From Armatimonadia bacterium (GTDB lineage Bacteria; Armatimonadota; Zipacnadia; Zipacnadales; UBA11051), in assembly GCA_039683575.1 (NCBI GenBank), contig JBDKRC010000129.1, positions 1 to 24,097 of the forward strand: a stretch of 24,097 bases of DNA. The letters are read 5' to 3'. Shown piece by piece: positions 1 through 7,636 of this stretch (position 1 is its first letter; every line of letters starts with the position of its first letter). Under the pieces are notes generated by a model. That model was not told where the DNA came from. It worked only from the letters and a program-made list of their open reading frames with translations, and searched no databases. A program made the translations under genes and the position numbers.

Positions 1-119
1 TTTCGATTGGCAGGAATATCTTCCAGCATGAGCGGCCCGAGCAGATGGTAGCGGCGGTAGTGGAGATCGTGCAGGCGGGGCGCGCGGTTGATGAGGCAAT
101 GAAGGCGTTGAAGGGTTAG
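1..119 (+). CDS. 3' end of class I aldolase-family protein, probably 2-amino-3,7-dideoxy-D-threo-hept-6-ulosonate (ADH) synthase (partial)
   Basis: Manual translation from base 3 gives SIGRNIFQHERPEQMVAAVVEIVQAGRAVDEAMKALKG*, TAG at 117-119. GRNIFQ is the C-terminal motif of DhnA/FbaB-type aldolases, and the next gene is DHQ synthase II, its usual partner. Confidence 0.8.
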   Translation, partial: SIGRNIFQHERPEQMVAAVVEIVQAGRAVDEAMKALKG

Positions 120-222
120 GTCGGGGCTAATCGCAGATTTGGCGGTCAGGAGCGTCAGGCGGCTTGCCTGCCGGCGCGGGCGAGCCGCCCGCGCTACTGG
201 TATATCTACTACGGAGCTATCA

Positions 223-1227
223 ATGAGCTCACAGCAAAAGACAATATGGGTGCGTGTTGTGCCCTGGAATAAGGACCTGGTGACCGCGGCCCTGGAGGCC
301 GGGGCGGATGGGATTGTGGTTGAGGAAGGGCGGAGTGTGGAGGTCAAAGCGCTGGGGCTGATGCAGACCATTGCGCCGGACGGGGACTTGCGGCTTGGTG
401 AAGATGTTGTGGAGGTGGAGATACGCGGGAAAGATGATGAGGAACGTGCGCTGGAGCTTAGCCGCAGCAAACTCGTGATCGTGGGGACGACAGACTGGAC
501 GATTATCCCGCTGGAGAACATCATCGCGGGCGGGGGGCGGGTGATTGCGCGGGTTCGGGATGCGGCGGAGGCGCTGACGGCGGTGCAGACGCTGGAGCAG
601 GGCGTGGCAGGGGTGCTTCTGGAGACCGGCGATCCGCAGGAAGTGCGGCGGACGGTAGAGGCGGTGCGTGGGCAGAGCGAGCGACTGGCTTTGCAGGTGG
701 CGGAAGTGCGGGAGGTGCGGCCGCTGGGGATGGGAGATCGGGTTTGCATTGATACGTGCAGCAACATGGGGATCGGCGAGGGGATGCTGGTGGGCAATAG
801 CAGCGCGGCGCTCTTTTTGATACATGCCGAGAGCATCGATAATCCGTATGTGGCCCCGCGACCGTTCCGGGTGAACGCAGGGCCTGTCCATGCGTACGTG
901 AGGGCACCGGGCGGGGCTACGCGGTACCTGGCGGATTTGCGGTCGGGAGATGAGGCGTTGCTGGTGGACTGGCAGGGCCAGACGCGGACGACGAACATAG
1001 GGCGGGTGAAGGTGGAAAGGCGGCCGCTGGCGCTGGTGACGGCGGAGGTGGAGGGGAAAGAGATCACGGCGATACTGCAGAATGCGGAGACGATACGGCT
1101 GGTGACGCCGGAGGGGCAGCCGGTCTCGATTGTGGAGCTGAAGGCGGGGGATAAGGTGCTGGTCGCGGTGGAGGAGGCAGGGCGGCACTTTGGGATGAGG
1201 GTGGAGGAGACGATTACGGAGCGGTAG
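223..1227 (+). CDS. 3-dehydroquinate synthase II (archaeal type)
   Basis: Motifs DWTIIPLENIIA, GDRVCIDTCS, GEGMLVG, RPFRVNAGPVHAY, GRVKVERRPL, LQNAETIRL, GRHFGM. ATG at 223 with GGAG upstream is preferred over the ORF-track start at 139. Confidence 0.95.
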   Translation: MSSQQKTIWVRVVPWNKDLVTAALEAGADGIVVEEGRSVEVKALGLMQTIAPDGDLRLGEDVVEVEIRGKDDEERALELSRSKLVIVGTTDWTIIPLENIIAGGGRVIARVRDAAEALTAVQTLEQGVAGVLLETGDPQEVRRTVEAVRGQSERLALQVAEVREVRPLGMGDRVCIDTCSNMGIGEGMLVGNSSAALFLIHAESIDNPYVAPRPFRVNAGPVHAYVRAPGGATRYLADLRSGDEALLVDWQGQTRTTNIGRVKVERRPLALVTAEVEGKEITAILQNAETIRLVTPEGQPVSIVELKAGDKVLVAVEEAGRHFGMRVEETITER

Positions 1228-1251
1228 GAGAGAGGGTGCTTGGGAGCTTGT

Positions 1252-1286
1252 CAGGATGGACAGGATAACGGCAGGATAGACAGGAT
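1252..1286 (+). repeat. Four direct CAGGAT hexamers
   Basis: CAGGAT starts at 1252, 1261, 1272 and 1281 (spacing 9, 11, 9), intergenic. Confidence 0.75.
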
Positions 1287-1301
1287 GCTATTGAGGGGGA
1301 T

Positions 1302-1323
1302 GCGGGCGGGACGCCATCGCTAC
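1302..1323 (-). repeat. GTAG-type REP-like element
   Basis: Minus strand reads GTAGCGATGGCGTCCCGCCCGC: GTAG head plus short GC hairpin. A similar element lies at about 174-197 (minus strand GTAGCGCGGGCGGCTCGCCCGCGC). Confidence 0.5.
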
Positions 1324-1354
1324 GCGTTGAGGTGTGTGACGCGGCGAACACGAG

Positions 1355-2248
1355 GTGAGGCAGTTGGCTGACTTTGCCATGACCGTGCTGGATATCCCTG
1401 ATATTGACCGAGGGGTGGGGTTGGCGATTGTGCTGCAGACGCCCGGGGGGCGGACGTGGCTTTATGATACTGGGACGGGCTATCCCGAGGGGGACGGGTG
1501 GCAGGGCGACGTTAACAGCGGGCGGGACCAGATCGAGCCTTTCCTGCGGGAGCGGGGGATTGTGGGGCTGGATGGCATCATCATCAGCCACGCGCACTAT
1601 GACCATTTTGGGGGGCTGCTGTGGCTGGTGGACCGGGTGCCGATTGGGCGGCTGATTGACAACGGGTATGCGTATGGCGGGCCGCGTGATGCCCATTATG
1701 ACAAGGAATTGGCGGATTACGAGGCGATAAGGGAAGAGTTCAGGCGCCGGGGGCAGTATCAGGCGGTGGTTGCAGGCGATAGCCTGGAGCTTGATGAGGC
1801 GTTGGAAGTGGAAGTCATTGCCCCGCCAGCAGAGTTTTTCGAGGAGCCGCACCCGGAGAACAGGCCGGAGAAGAATCCGGGCGCGCACTATATGCTGAAC
1901 AGCAACTCGCTGATGCTGCGGATCACCCATGGTGACGTGGTCTTCCTGTTACCTGGGGACATTGAGAAGGAAGACCAGAGCCGGTATCTTCTGCCGAGCG
2001 TGCCGGAGGGGAAGCTGCGATGTGACGTGCTGGTCGCACCGGGGCATGGGCTGCACACGGCGGAGGACTTCGTGGCGGCCACACAGCCCAAAGTGACCGT
2101 GGTCAGTCTGTTCGAGCGGTGGCTGGGGGCGTGTTCGGCGCGTGAGGGCTTCGCGTCAGTGGGGTCGGAGGTATATGTGACGGGAGTAAACGGGGACGTG
2201 CGGGTGGTGTCGGACGGGGAACGGTGGGAGGTTGAGGCGAGAGCGTAG
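1355..2248 (+). CDS. MBL-fold metallo-hydrolase, ComEC/Rec2 C-terminal-like, stand-alone
   Basis: HxHxDH motif SHAHYDHFGG, LYDTG, NSNSLMLRITHGDVVFLLPGD and APGHG. No membrane competence domain. Start could be GTG 1355 or ATG 1379. Confidence 0.85.
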   Translation: MRQLADFAMTVLDIPDIDRGVGLAIVLQTPGGRTWLYDTGTGYPEGDGWQGDVNSGRDQIEPFLRERGIVGLDGIIISHAHYDHFGGLLWLVDRVPIGRLIDNGYAYGGPRDAHYDKELADYEAIREEFRRRGQYQAVVAGDSLELDEALEVEVIAPPAEFFEEPHPENRPEKNPGAHYMLNSNSLMLRITHGDVVFLLPGDIEKEDQSRYLLPSVPEGKLRCDVLVAPGHGLHTAEDFVAATQPKVTVVSLFERWLGACSAREGFASVGSEVYVTGVNGDVRVVSDGERWEVEARA

Positions 2249-2299
2249 AGCGTAGAGCGTGGGAGCCTATGGGCGTGGGCAACGTGGCCGGACGCGCGT

Positions 2300-2327
2300 T
2301 GTCATCCTGAACGAAGTGAAGGATCTC
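2300..2327 (+). repeat. REP-like palindromic element of the GTCATCCTGAxCGAAGxGAAGGATCT type
   Basis: TGTCATCCTGAACGAAGTGAAGGATCTC contains ATCCT...AGGAT inverted arms, intergenic. Confidence 0.6.
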
Positions 2328-2362
2328 GGTGGGGGGAGACTTGAGTACCACCGATCACTGAC

Positions 2363-3220
2363 ATGCCGATCATCCAGACTATCTTTGACCCGGTTCCTCT
2401 GCCGCGGGTTGGGTTCGCCGGCTCGTTGTCGTTCACGTTCTACTGGGCGGCGCGTCCGACTGTGCCCCCCGGATGGATGGTGGAGCCTGGGCGGCGGGAC
2501 CATGCGGTGTTGTGGCTGATCGTGGCGGGGGAGCTACATCTGCAGACGCCTTCCGGAGGGGTGGACTGTGGCCCCGGGGCGCTCATCGTATTCCCGCCGG
2601 GCTCCTCGCCGCAGGCAGAGAATCGTGGCGCAGTGCCTGCGACGCGGTACGTGCTTTCGTTTGAGATGCGGGTGTGGGGCGAGGTGGATTTCTTCCGGCT
2701 GTACCGCACTCCCGCGATCAGCAAGGTGAGTGATCTCGCGGCACTGATTGAGCCGTGGGAACGCCTGGTGGCGCAGTTGGAGGCGCATGACGGCGCGGTG
2801 ACGCTCGGGGCCGAGGGCTGGGCGCGGGTGCTGGTGGATGCCTGGCTGAGCGCGCTGGAGGCAGAGGGCGAACTGTTGCCCGCACTGGCTGCGGATGAGC
2901 GCCTGACGGCGGTGCTCGCGGCGGTGGATGATGACTTGCGGGGGGACTGGACGCTGGCGCGGCTGTCCGAGGTCATGTGCCTGAGCCCGGTGCGCGTGCG
3001 GCAGATCTTCACCCTGCATCTCGGCGTGCCCCCGGCGCGGTACATCACGCTGCGTCGCATCGCCCATGCGCGCGACCTGCTCGCCCAGACCGACCTGACC
3101 TCAGTCGAGATAGCCGAACGCTGCGGCTTCCCCGACCCCAGCCACTTCAGCCGCGTTTTCCACCGTCTCACCGGCGTCCGCCCGACCCAGTATCGCGAGC
3201 AGACCCGGCGGCGGGATTGA
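2363..3220 (+). CDS. AraC-family transcriptional regulator
   Basis: N-terminal cupin-like region (HAVLWLIVAGEL...CGPGALIVFPPG) and C-terminal double HTH (ARDLLAQTDLTSVEIAERCGFPDPSHFSRVFHRLTGVRPTQYR). Confidence 0.95.
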   Translation: MPIIQTIFDPVPLPRVGFAGSLSFTFYWAARPTVPPGWMVEPGRRDHAVLWLIVAGELHLQTPSGGVDCGPGALIVFPPGSSPQAENRGAVPATRYVLSFEMRVWGEVDFFRLYRTPAISKVSDLAALIEPWERLVAQLEAHDGAVTLGAEGWARVLVDAWLSALEAEGELLPALAADERLTAVLAAVDDDLRGDWTLARLSEVMCLSPVRVRQIFTLHLGVPPARYITLRRIAHARDLLAQTDLTSVEIAERCGFPDPSHFSRVFHRLTGVRPTQYREQTRRRD

Positions 3221-3332
3221 CCCTCACCGACGTTATCGTCTCGTCCCACCACAACTATCGCCATCGCCATTTCGCGCCCGTCGTGGTTGAGTATACTTCC
3301 GGCAACTCCGCAACATAGCACTGGGGAGGCCC

Positions 3333-4286
3333 GTGATGCTCAGTACTCAGGACGTGAAGGACTTCTGCCTGCAGGCCGGAGCCGACGTGGTCGGCATCGG
3401 CTCGATGGACCGCTACGAAGGCGCGCCCCCGGAGATGGACCCGCGCTATATCTTCCCCGATGCCAAGGCCATTGTCGGCCTTGCCTTCCGCATTCACCGC
3501 GGGTGCTTCCGCGGCATCGAGGAGGGCACGTTCTTTGGCGCCTACCCGTCAATGGGGTATGCCGGGATAAACTACCGCGACGCACCGATGACGCTGCGGG
3601 CGGTGTGCAGCGCGCTGGAGGATGAGGGATACGAGGCGGTGCCCATCCAGAACATGCTGTTCCTCAACCCCCTCAATCCCCTGGACGGCACGCCGCAGAC
3701 CGTCAGCCGCGCAGTAGCACCGGGCCTGCCTGCGCCCGATGTCATGCTCCACTATCGCATCGCCGCGTACATCTGCGGCATGGGTGAGATCGGCTACAGC
3801 AAGATCTTCCTGACCCCGCGGTTCGGTCCGCGCCAACGGTTCGTGTTCCTGCTGACGGATGCGCCGCTGGAGCCCGATCCGATCTTCGAGGGCGGGCTGT
3901 GCGACCGCTGCAAGCTCTGCGTGCGGGATTGCACTGTGGGTGCACTAAGCGACACGGAGACTGTGAAAGTAACTGTGGCGGGGCATGAACTGGAGTGGGC
4001 GAAGCTTGACGAACTCAAGTGCTCGAGCGGCTACCAGGGCGCCAATGCGCACTACTCGCCCTTCACGCCCGAGGATTACGACATGGAAGCAGCCATGACG
4101 CGGCCGTATGGCGCGGCGGAGTTGCCCTATAACCGTGCGGGACATGGCATGTTCCATCTCCCCGGCGCGATGGAAGGGGCCCGCGGCTGCATCCGCGCCT
4201 GCATGGTTCACCTGGAGGAGACGGGCCGCATCGGCAACGCTTTCAAGCGACCATTCCGCATTCGCAAGCCGTGGAAGCTGGATTAG
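3333..4286 (+). CDS. Epoxyqueuosine reductase / reductive dehalogenase-like 4Fe-4S protein (probably cobamide-binding)
   Basis: GADVVGI, AAYICGMGEIGYSKIFLTPRFGPRQR, LLTDAPLEPD, CDRCKLCVRDC, then KC...GCIRAC. GGGGAGG RBS upstream. Confidence 0.8.
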   Translation: MMLSTQDVKDFCLQAGADVVGIGSMDRYEGAPPEMDPRYIFPDAKAIVGLAFRIHRGCFRGIEEGTFFGAYPSMGYAGINYRDAPMTLRAVCSALEDEGYEAVPIQNMLFLNPLNPLDGTPQTVSRAVAPGLPAPDVMLHYRIAAYICGMGEIGYSKIFLTPRFGPRQRFVFLLTDAPLEPDPIFEGGLCDRCKLCVRDCTVGALSDTETVKVTVAGHELEWAKLDELKCSSGYQGANAHYSPFTPEDYDMEAAMTRPYGAAELPYNRAGHGMFHLPGAMEGARGCIRACMVHLEETGRIGNAFKRPFRIRKPWKLD

Positions 4287-4336
4287 CGGCCGAGGTGGCG
4301 TGGAGAGAGCCCTAAAGGCCAATTGGTTGTATTCCG

Positions 4337-4366
4337 AGATACCCTTCAAACGTTTGAAGGGTATCT
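4337..4366. promoter_or_regulatory. Perfect 30-bp palindrome
   Basis: AGATACCCTTCAAACGTTTGAAGGGTATCT equals its own reverse complement and ends 2 nt before the ATG at 4369. Function (operator or RNA hairpin) is inferred. Confidence 0.6.
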
Positions 4367-4368
4367 TC

Positions 4369-7113
4369 ATGTTCTGGCCCCGGTTGGTCCTCTCGCTACT
4401 TGGTCTGTTTGGTTGGGCAATGGGCGCCGTACAGGCACAGCAGCCGCCGCTGCAACTGCAGTTTGTGCGCTGTGCCAACACCTTCTATCGCGATGAGAGG
4501 GTGCGTATTGGCGTGGTCTCGTCGGGGACGCGGCAGACGGTTACGTACCAGGTGACGGACTTCTGGCGACGGACGGTGCGGCGGGGATCATTCCCGGTGG
4601 GGGCGGAGCAGCCGGTAACGCTGGACCTGGCAGAGCCGGGAACGGGGTGGTACCGGCTGGTGCTGCAGCATCCGGAGGGGGTGCTGGAGGACACTTTCTG
4701 CGTGCTGCCGAGGCCGTACGAAGACCCGGGGAACTACAACCTGTTTGGGCTGTGCCCGGACGGCGGGTGCACTGAGGACAATATGGAGCCAGCGGCACAG
4801 ATGGGGGTGCGAGTGGCGCGGCAGACGGTTCCGTGGCCGCAGGTACAACTCAAGCGCGATGAGTGGCGGGTGAGCTTTCTTGATGAGTCATACCGGGCGA
4901 GCAGCAAGTACGGCATCCAGTTGATGCTGATTCTGGGCTACACGCCGGCGTGGGTGGCGGAGAAGCCCATCAACTATCTCGATTCCTGGGTGGAGGCCGC
5001 TCCCTTCACGTGGCATCCGAAGGAGTCGAACGAATTCGGGCGGTATCTGGACGCGGTGACTGCCTACGCGGCAGAGAGGAGCGTCACCTGGCCGAGCGCG
5101 GCGGTGTTGCCGGAGGCGGGTGCAGGGACGCTGCGGCAGCAGTTGCCGTGGGCGCATAGCTGGGAGATGTGGAACGAAGCGGACATCATGTTCTACGTCG
5201 GGGATTGGAACCGTTACCTTGATCTGTTGCACATGGCCTGGGCCGCGGGGCGGCGGGACCTGCCGGACGTGCCGATGATCTACGGCGGGTCCACAGGAAA
5301 CTGGCATGCCATGGGGGTGACGGCGTCAGGTTCGGGCAGGTACTGTTTCGACTATGGGTCGTTGCACACCGGGGGCGATCTGGAGGACTGTCTGCGCGTG
5401 TGGTATGGCGGGGCGCAGCAAATACCGTGGGTGGTGGGGACGCCGCGGGAGACGATGCACACGGAATGCTATGCGCAGGGACGGCGGGGGACGGTGAACT
5501 ACCCCGACTATAACGAGACGCCGGGGGAGCTGCTCAGGACATATCTGGTGCTGAAGGCGTGGCGGGAGGCGGGGTTTTTCCGATCCGGAATTCTGGGAGG
5601 GTTTATCTGGCAGCCGGGGGGGATGTGTCCGGGGACGACGCTGCTGCATCGCCAGCCTGACGGGAGTCTGTCGCCTTCGCCGCTGTACCCGGCGTTCGCG
5701 TGCGCGCGGAAGCTGCTCTCGGACGCGACGGAAGTCGGGCCGGTGAGCCTGGGGAGCCGCGTGACGGCGCATGTGTTCCTGAAGCACGGAAAGGTGATGC
5801 TGGCGGCGTGGTCGGATGACGGGGCCCTGAGCCGGGTGTATCTGGAACCGGGCGCGGTGCGGGTGGATGCGATGGGGCAGGAGCACTCGCTGAACGATCT
5901 GAGCTATACCACGCGGGCGCTGACGGCTGAGCCGACGGTTCTCATCGGCGTGAAAGCCAAGTACCTTGATGAGGCCATGCGGCGGCGGTTTGGGCTGCTT
6001 GCAGATACGGCGTATGGCACCCCCCAGACGAATCCGGCGTGTACGGTTTGGTATGCACGGCCGCTATATGTGGATCTGGGTGACCTGGTGGGGCCCTCGG
6101 GGGGGAAGGAGTTCAGGCAGCGGGTGGAGGCGGCGGCGCGAAGACTGGGCCTGGACGGGGCCGGTAGCGTGGAGGGTGTGCTGAGGGCCCAGCTAGACTG
6201 CTACAAGCTGATGGGGGAGATCGTGGAGCGGTGTCCGGTGGGCAAGGAGGTTCCGCCGGCGGCGGCGGACGCGCTGTGGCGGCTGGCGCGCATTGGTGAG
6301 TGGCTCGGGGAGATTGCCGATGATCGCAGCGCACTGTGGGGAAACTCGCGGACAAGCGAACTCGAGCGGTCGCAGCTAGCCAGGCGGCTCAATCAGGCCA
6401 GAGCGAGGATCGGAGTGCTGTACAAGGCGTCTGATCTGCCGGTGGCGGACCAGCTCCTGCGGCGGGCGCAACGGCAGCTGTGGCAGGTACAGCAGTACCG
6501 GCGGCGGGGCACGTACCAGGCGGTCCTGCACAAGATATACATCGCCGAGCGGCTGATGCGGGTGGAGATGCCAGTGGTGCTGCGGGTTGTGCCAATGGTT
6601 GACTTCACCACAGGGCGGTGCTTGCGCAAGGCGCGGCTACTGGAGCCGGGCCCGCAAGTGCTCAATGCGTGGGTCTACAACTACCTGGAAGAGCCGGTGT
6701 CGGGGACGCTACGGCTGAAACTGCCGACGGGATGGGTGCCGGAAGACCCGGAGGTGCGGTTCACGGCGCAGCCCGGGCAGCCGTCGGCAATGGTGCCGGT
6801 GCGGGTGACCGTGTCGGAGGACCCGAAACCGTGGGCTGAGCTCTGGAGCTTCACCATGGACGGGTTCATCAAGTTGGGGCTGCCGGCGACGCTCAACGAC
6901 CGGCCGCTGATTGAGGTTGAGGGTAGTCTGGACAATGGGGAGCGGTTCTCGCCGATGGGGTACTATGTGAACACGGGGCGCTGGCTGGATGACCCGACGC
7001 TGCAGACGGCATCGCGGCGGAAGACGATGGATTCGGCGCAAGCGAAGCTGGCGCTGCCAGAGGCGGTGCGGAGGGTCCAGGCTGAGGTGGCGCGTCGGGT
7101 GGTGGGGAGGTAG
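4369..7113 (+). CDS. Secreted multidomain protein with a clan GH-A-like glycoside hydrolase domain (GH39/GH5-like)
   Basis: Signal peptide MFWPRLVLSLLGLFGWAMGAVQA; WEMWNEAD (candidate acid/base Glu) and MHTECY (candidate nucleophile); ILGYTPAW; C-terminal Ig/NEW3-like LRLKLPTGW. ORF-track start 4108 overlaps the upstream gene, so ATG 4369 is used. Confidence 0.7.
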   Translation: MFWPRLVLSLLGLFGWAMGAVQAQQPPLQLQFVRCANTFYRDERVRIGVVSSGTRQTVTYQVTDFWRRTVRRGSFPVGAEQPVTLDLAEPGTGWYRLVLQHPEGVLEDTFCVLPRPYEDPGNYNLFGLCPDGGCTEDNMEPAAQMGVRVARQTVPWPQVQLKRDEWRVSFLDESYRASSKYGIQLMLILGYTPAWVAEKPINYLDSWVEAAPFTWHPKESNEFGRYLDAVTAYAAERSVTWPSAAVLPEAGAGTLRQQLPWAHSWEMWNEADIMFYVGDWNRYLDLLHMAWAAGRRDLPDVPMIYGGSTGNWHAMGVTASGSGRYCFDYGSLHTGGDLEDCLRVWYGGAQQIPWVVGTPRETMHTECYAQGRRGTVNYPDYNETPGELLRTYLVLKAWREAGFFRSGILGGFIWQPGGMCPGTTLLHRQPDGSLSPSPLYPAFACARKLLSDATEVGPVSLGSRVTAHVFLKHGKVMLAAWSDDGALSRVYLEPGAVRVDAMGQEHSLNDLSYTTRALTAEPTVLIGVKAKYLDEAMRRRFGLLADTAYGTPQTNPACTVWYARPLYVDLGDLVGPSGGKEFRQRVEAAARRLGLDGAGSVEGVLRAQLDCYKLMGEIVERCPVGKEVPPAAADALWRLARIGEWLGEIADDRSALWGNSRTSELERSQLARRLNQARARIGVLYKASDLPVADQLLRRAQRQLWQVQQYRRRGTYQAVLHKIYIAERLMRVEMPVVLRVVPMVDFTTGRCLRKARLLEPGPQVLNAWVYNYLEEPVSGTLRLKLPTGWVPEDPEVRFTAQPGQPSAMVPVRVTVSEDPKPWAELWSFTMDGFIKLGLPATLNDRPLIEVEGSLDNGERFSPMGYYVNTGRWLDDPTLQTASRRKTMDSAQAKLALPEAVRRVQAEVARRVVGR

Positions 7114-7132
7114 GGCTATTGGCGGCGGGGGC

Positions 7133-7160
7133 GTGGGTGCGGGATGCACCCACCTACGCG
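7133..7160 (-). repeat. Single GTAG-type REP copy between convergent genes
   Basis: Minus strand CGCGTAGGTGGGTGCATCCCGCACCCAC, one mismatch from CGCGTAGGTGGGTGCGTCCCGCACCCAC at 22465. Confidence 0.85.
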
Positions 7161-7199
7161 GGAAGGGGCGAGCGGCCTCCCGCCCCACCGTTGCCCTCG

Positions 7200-7595
7200 C
7201 TAGACGACGCCTTCGGGGAAGGCTTCGTGTCCGGCCATTACTTCGTGGATGGCTTCCTTGACGCGCTCGAAGGGCTCGTCCTTTAGTACGTACCCCATTC
7301 CGCCCGCGGCCTTGAAGAGCATCATTATGTAGCTGTCGGCGTGCATTGAGAAGGCAATCACCCGGGCGTCAGGGTGTCGCTCTATGATGATGCGGGTGGC
7401 CTCGGTGCCGCTGATGTCGGCCATGCTGATGTCCATGAGCACGACATCGGGCTTGAGGTCCTCGACGCGCTCAATGGCCTCGGCGGCGGTGGAGGCTTCA
7501 CCGACGAGTTCGAGATCGGGCTCGCGCTCGAACAGCAGCCGCATGCCCTCGCGAATAACCTTGTGATCATCTGCCAGGACGATTCTGATGCTCAT
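7200..7595 (-). CDS. Single-domain response regulator (NarL-type receiver, no HTH)
   Basis: IRIVLADDH, PDVVLMDISM (phospho-Asp), IAFSMH, GYVLKD. Ends at 131 aa where a LuxR HTH would normally follow. Confidence 0.9.
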   Translation of the reverse strand: MSIRIVLADDHKVIREGMRLLFEREPDLELVGEASTAAEAIERVEDLKPDVVLMDISMADISGTEATRIIIERHPDARVIAFSMHADSYIMMLFKAAGGMGYVLKDEPFERVKEAIHEVMAGHEAFPEGVV

Positions 7596-7636
7596 CTTTC
7601 CCTCTCACAGGCTGTGATGGTTGCGGCCGTTCACCC

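Noticed and set aside
3333-4286. Calling this queG or a respiratory rdhA
   Set aside because: No Tat signal or rdhB, and too divergent to assign queG without phylogeny.
4108-4368. N-terminal extension of the 1001-aa ORF
   Set aside because: Overlaps the Fe-S gene and the palindrome; the signal peptide starts at ATG 4369.
7114-7199. Frameshifted LuxR HTH after the receiver (pseudogene)
   Set aside because: Only about 85 nt remain before the convergent gene, occupied by a REP and a GC hairpin; no HTH remnant is visible.
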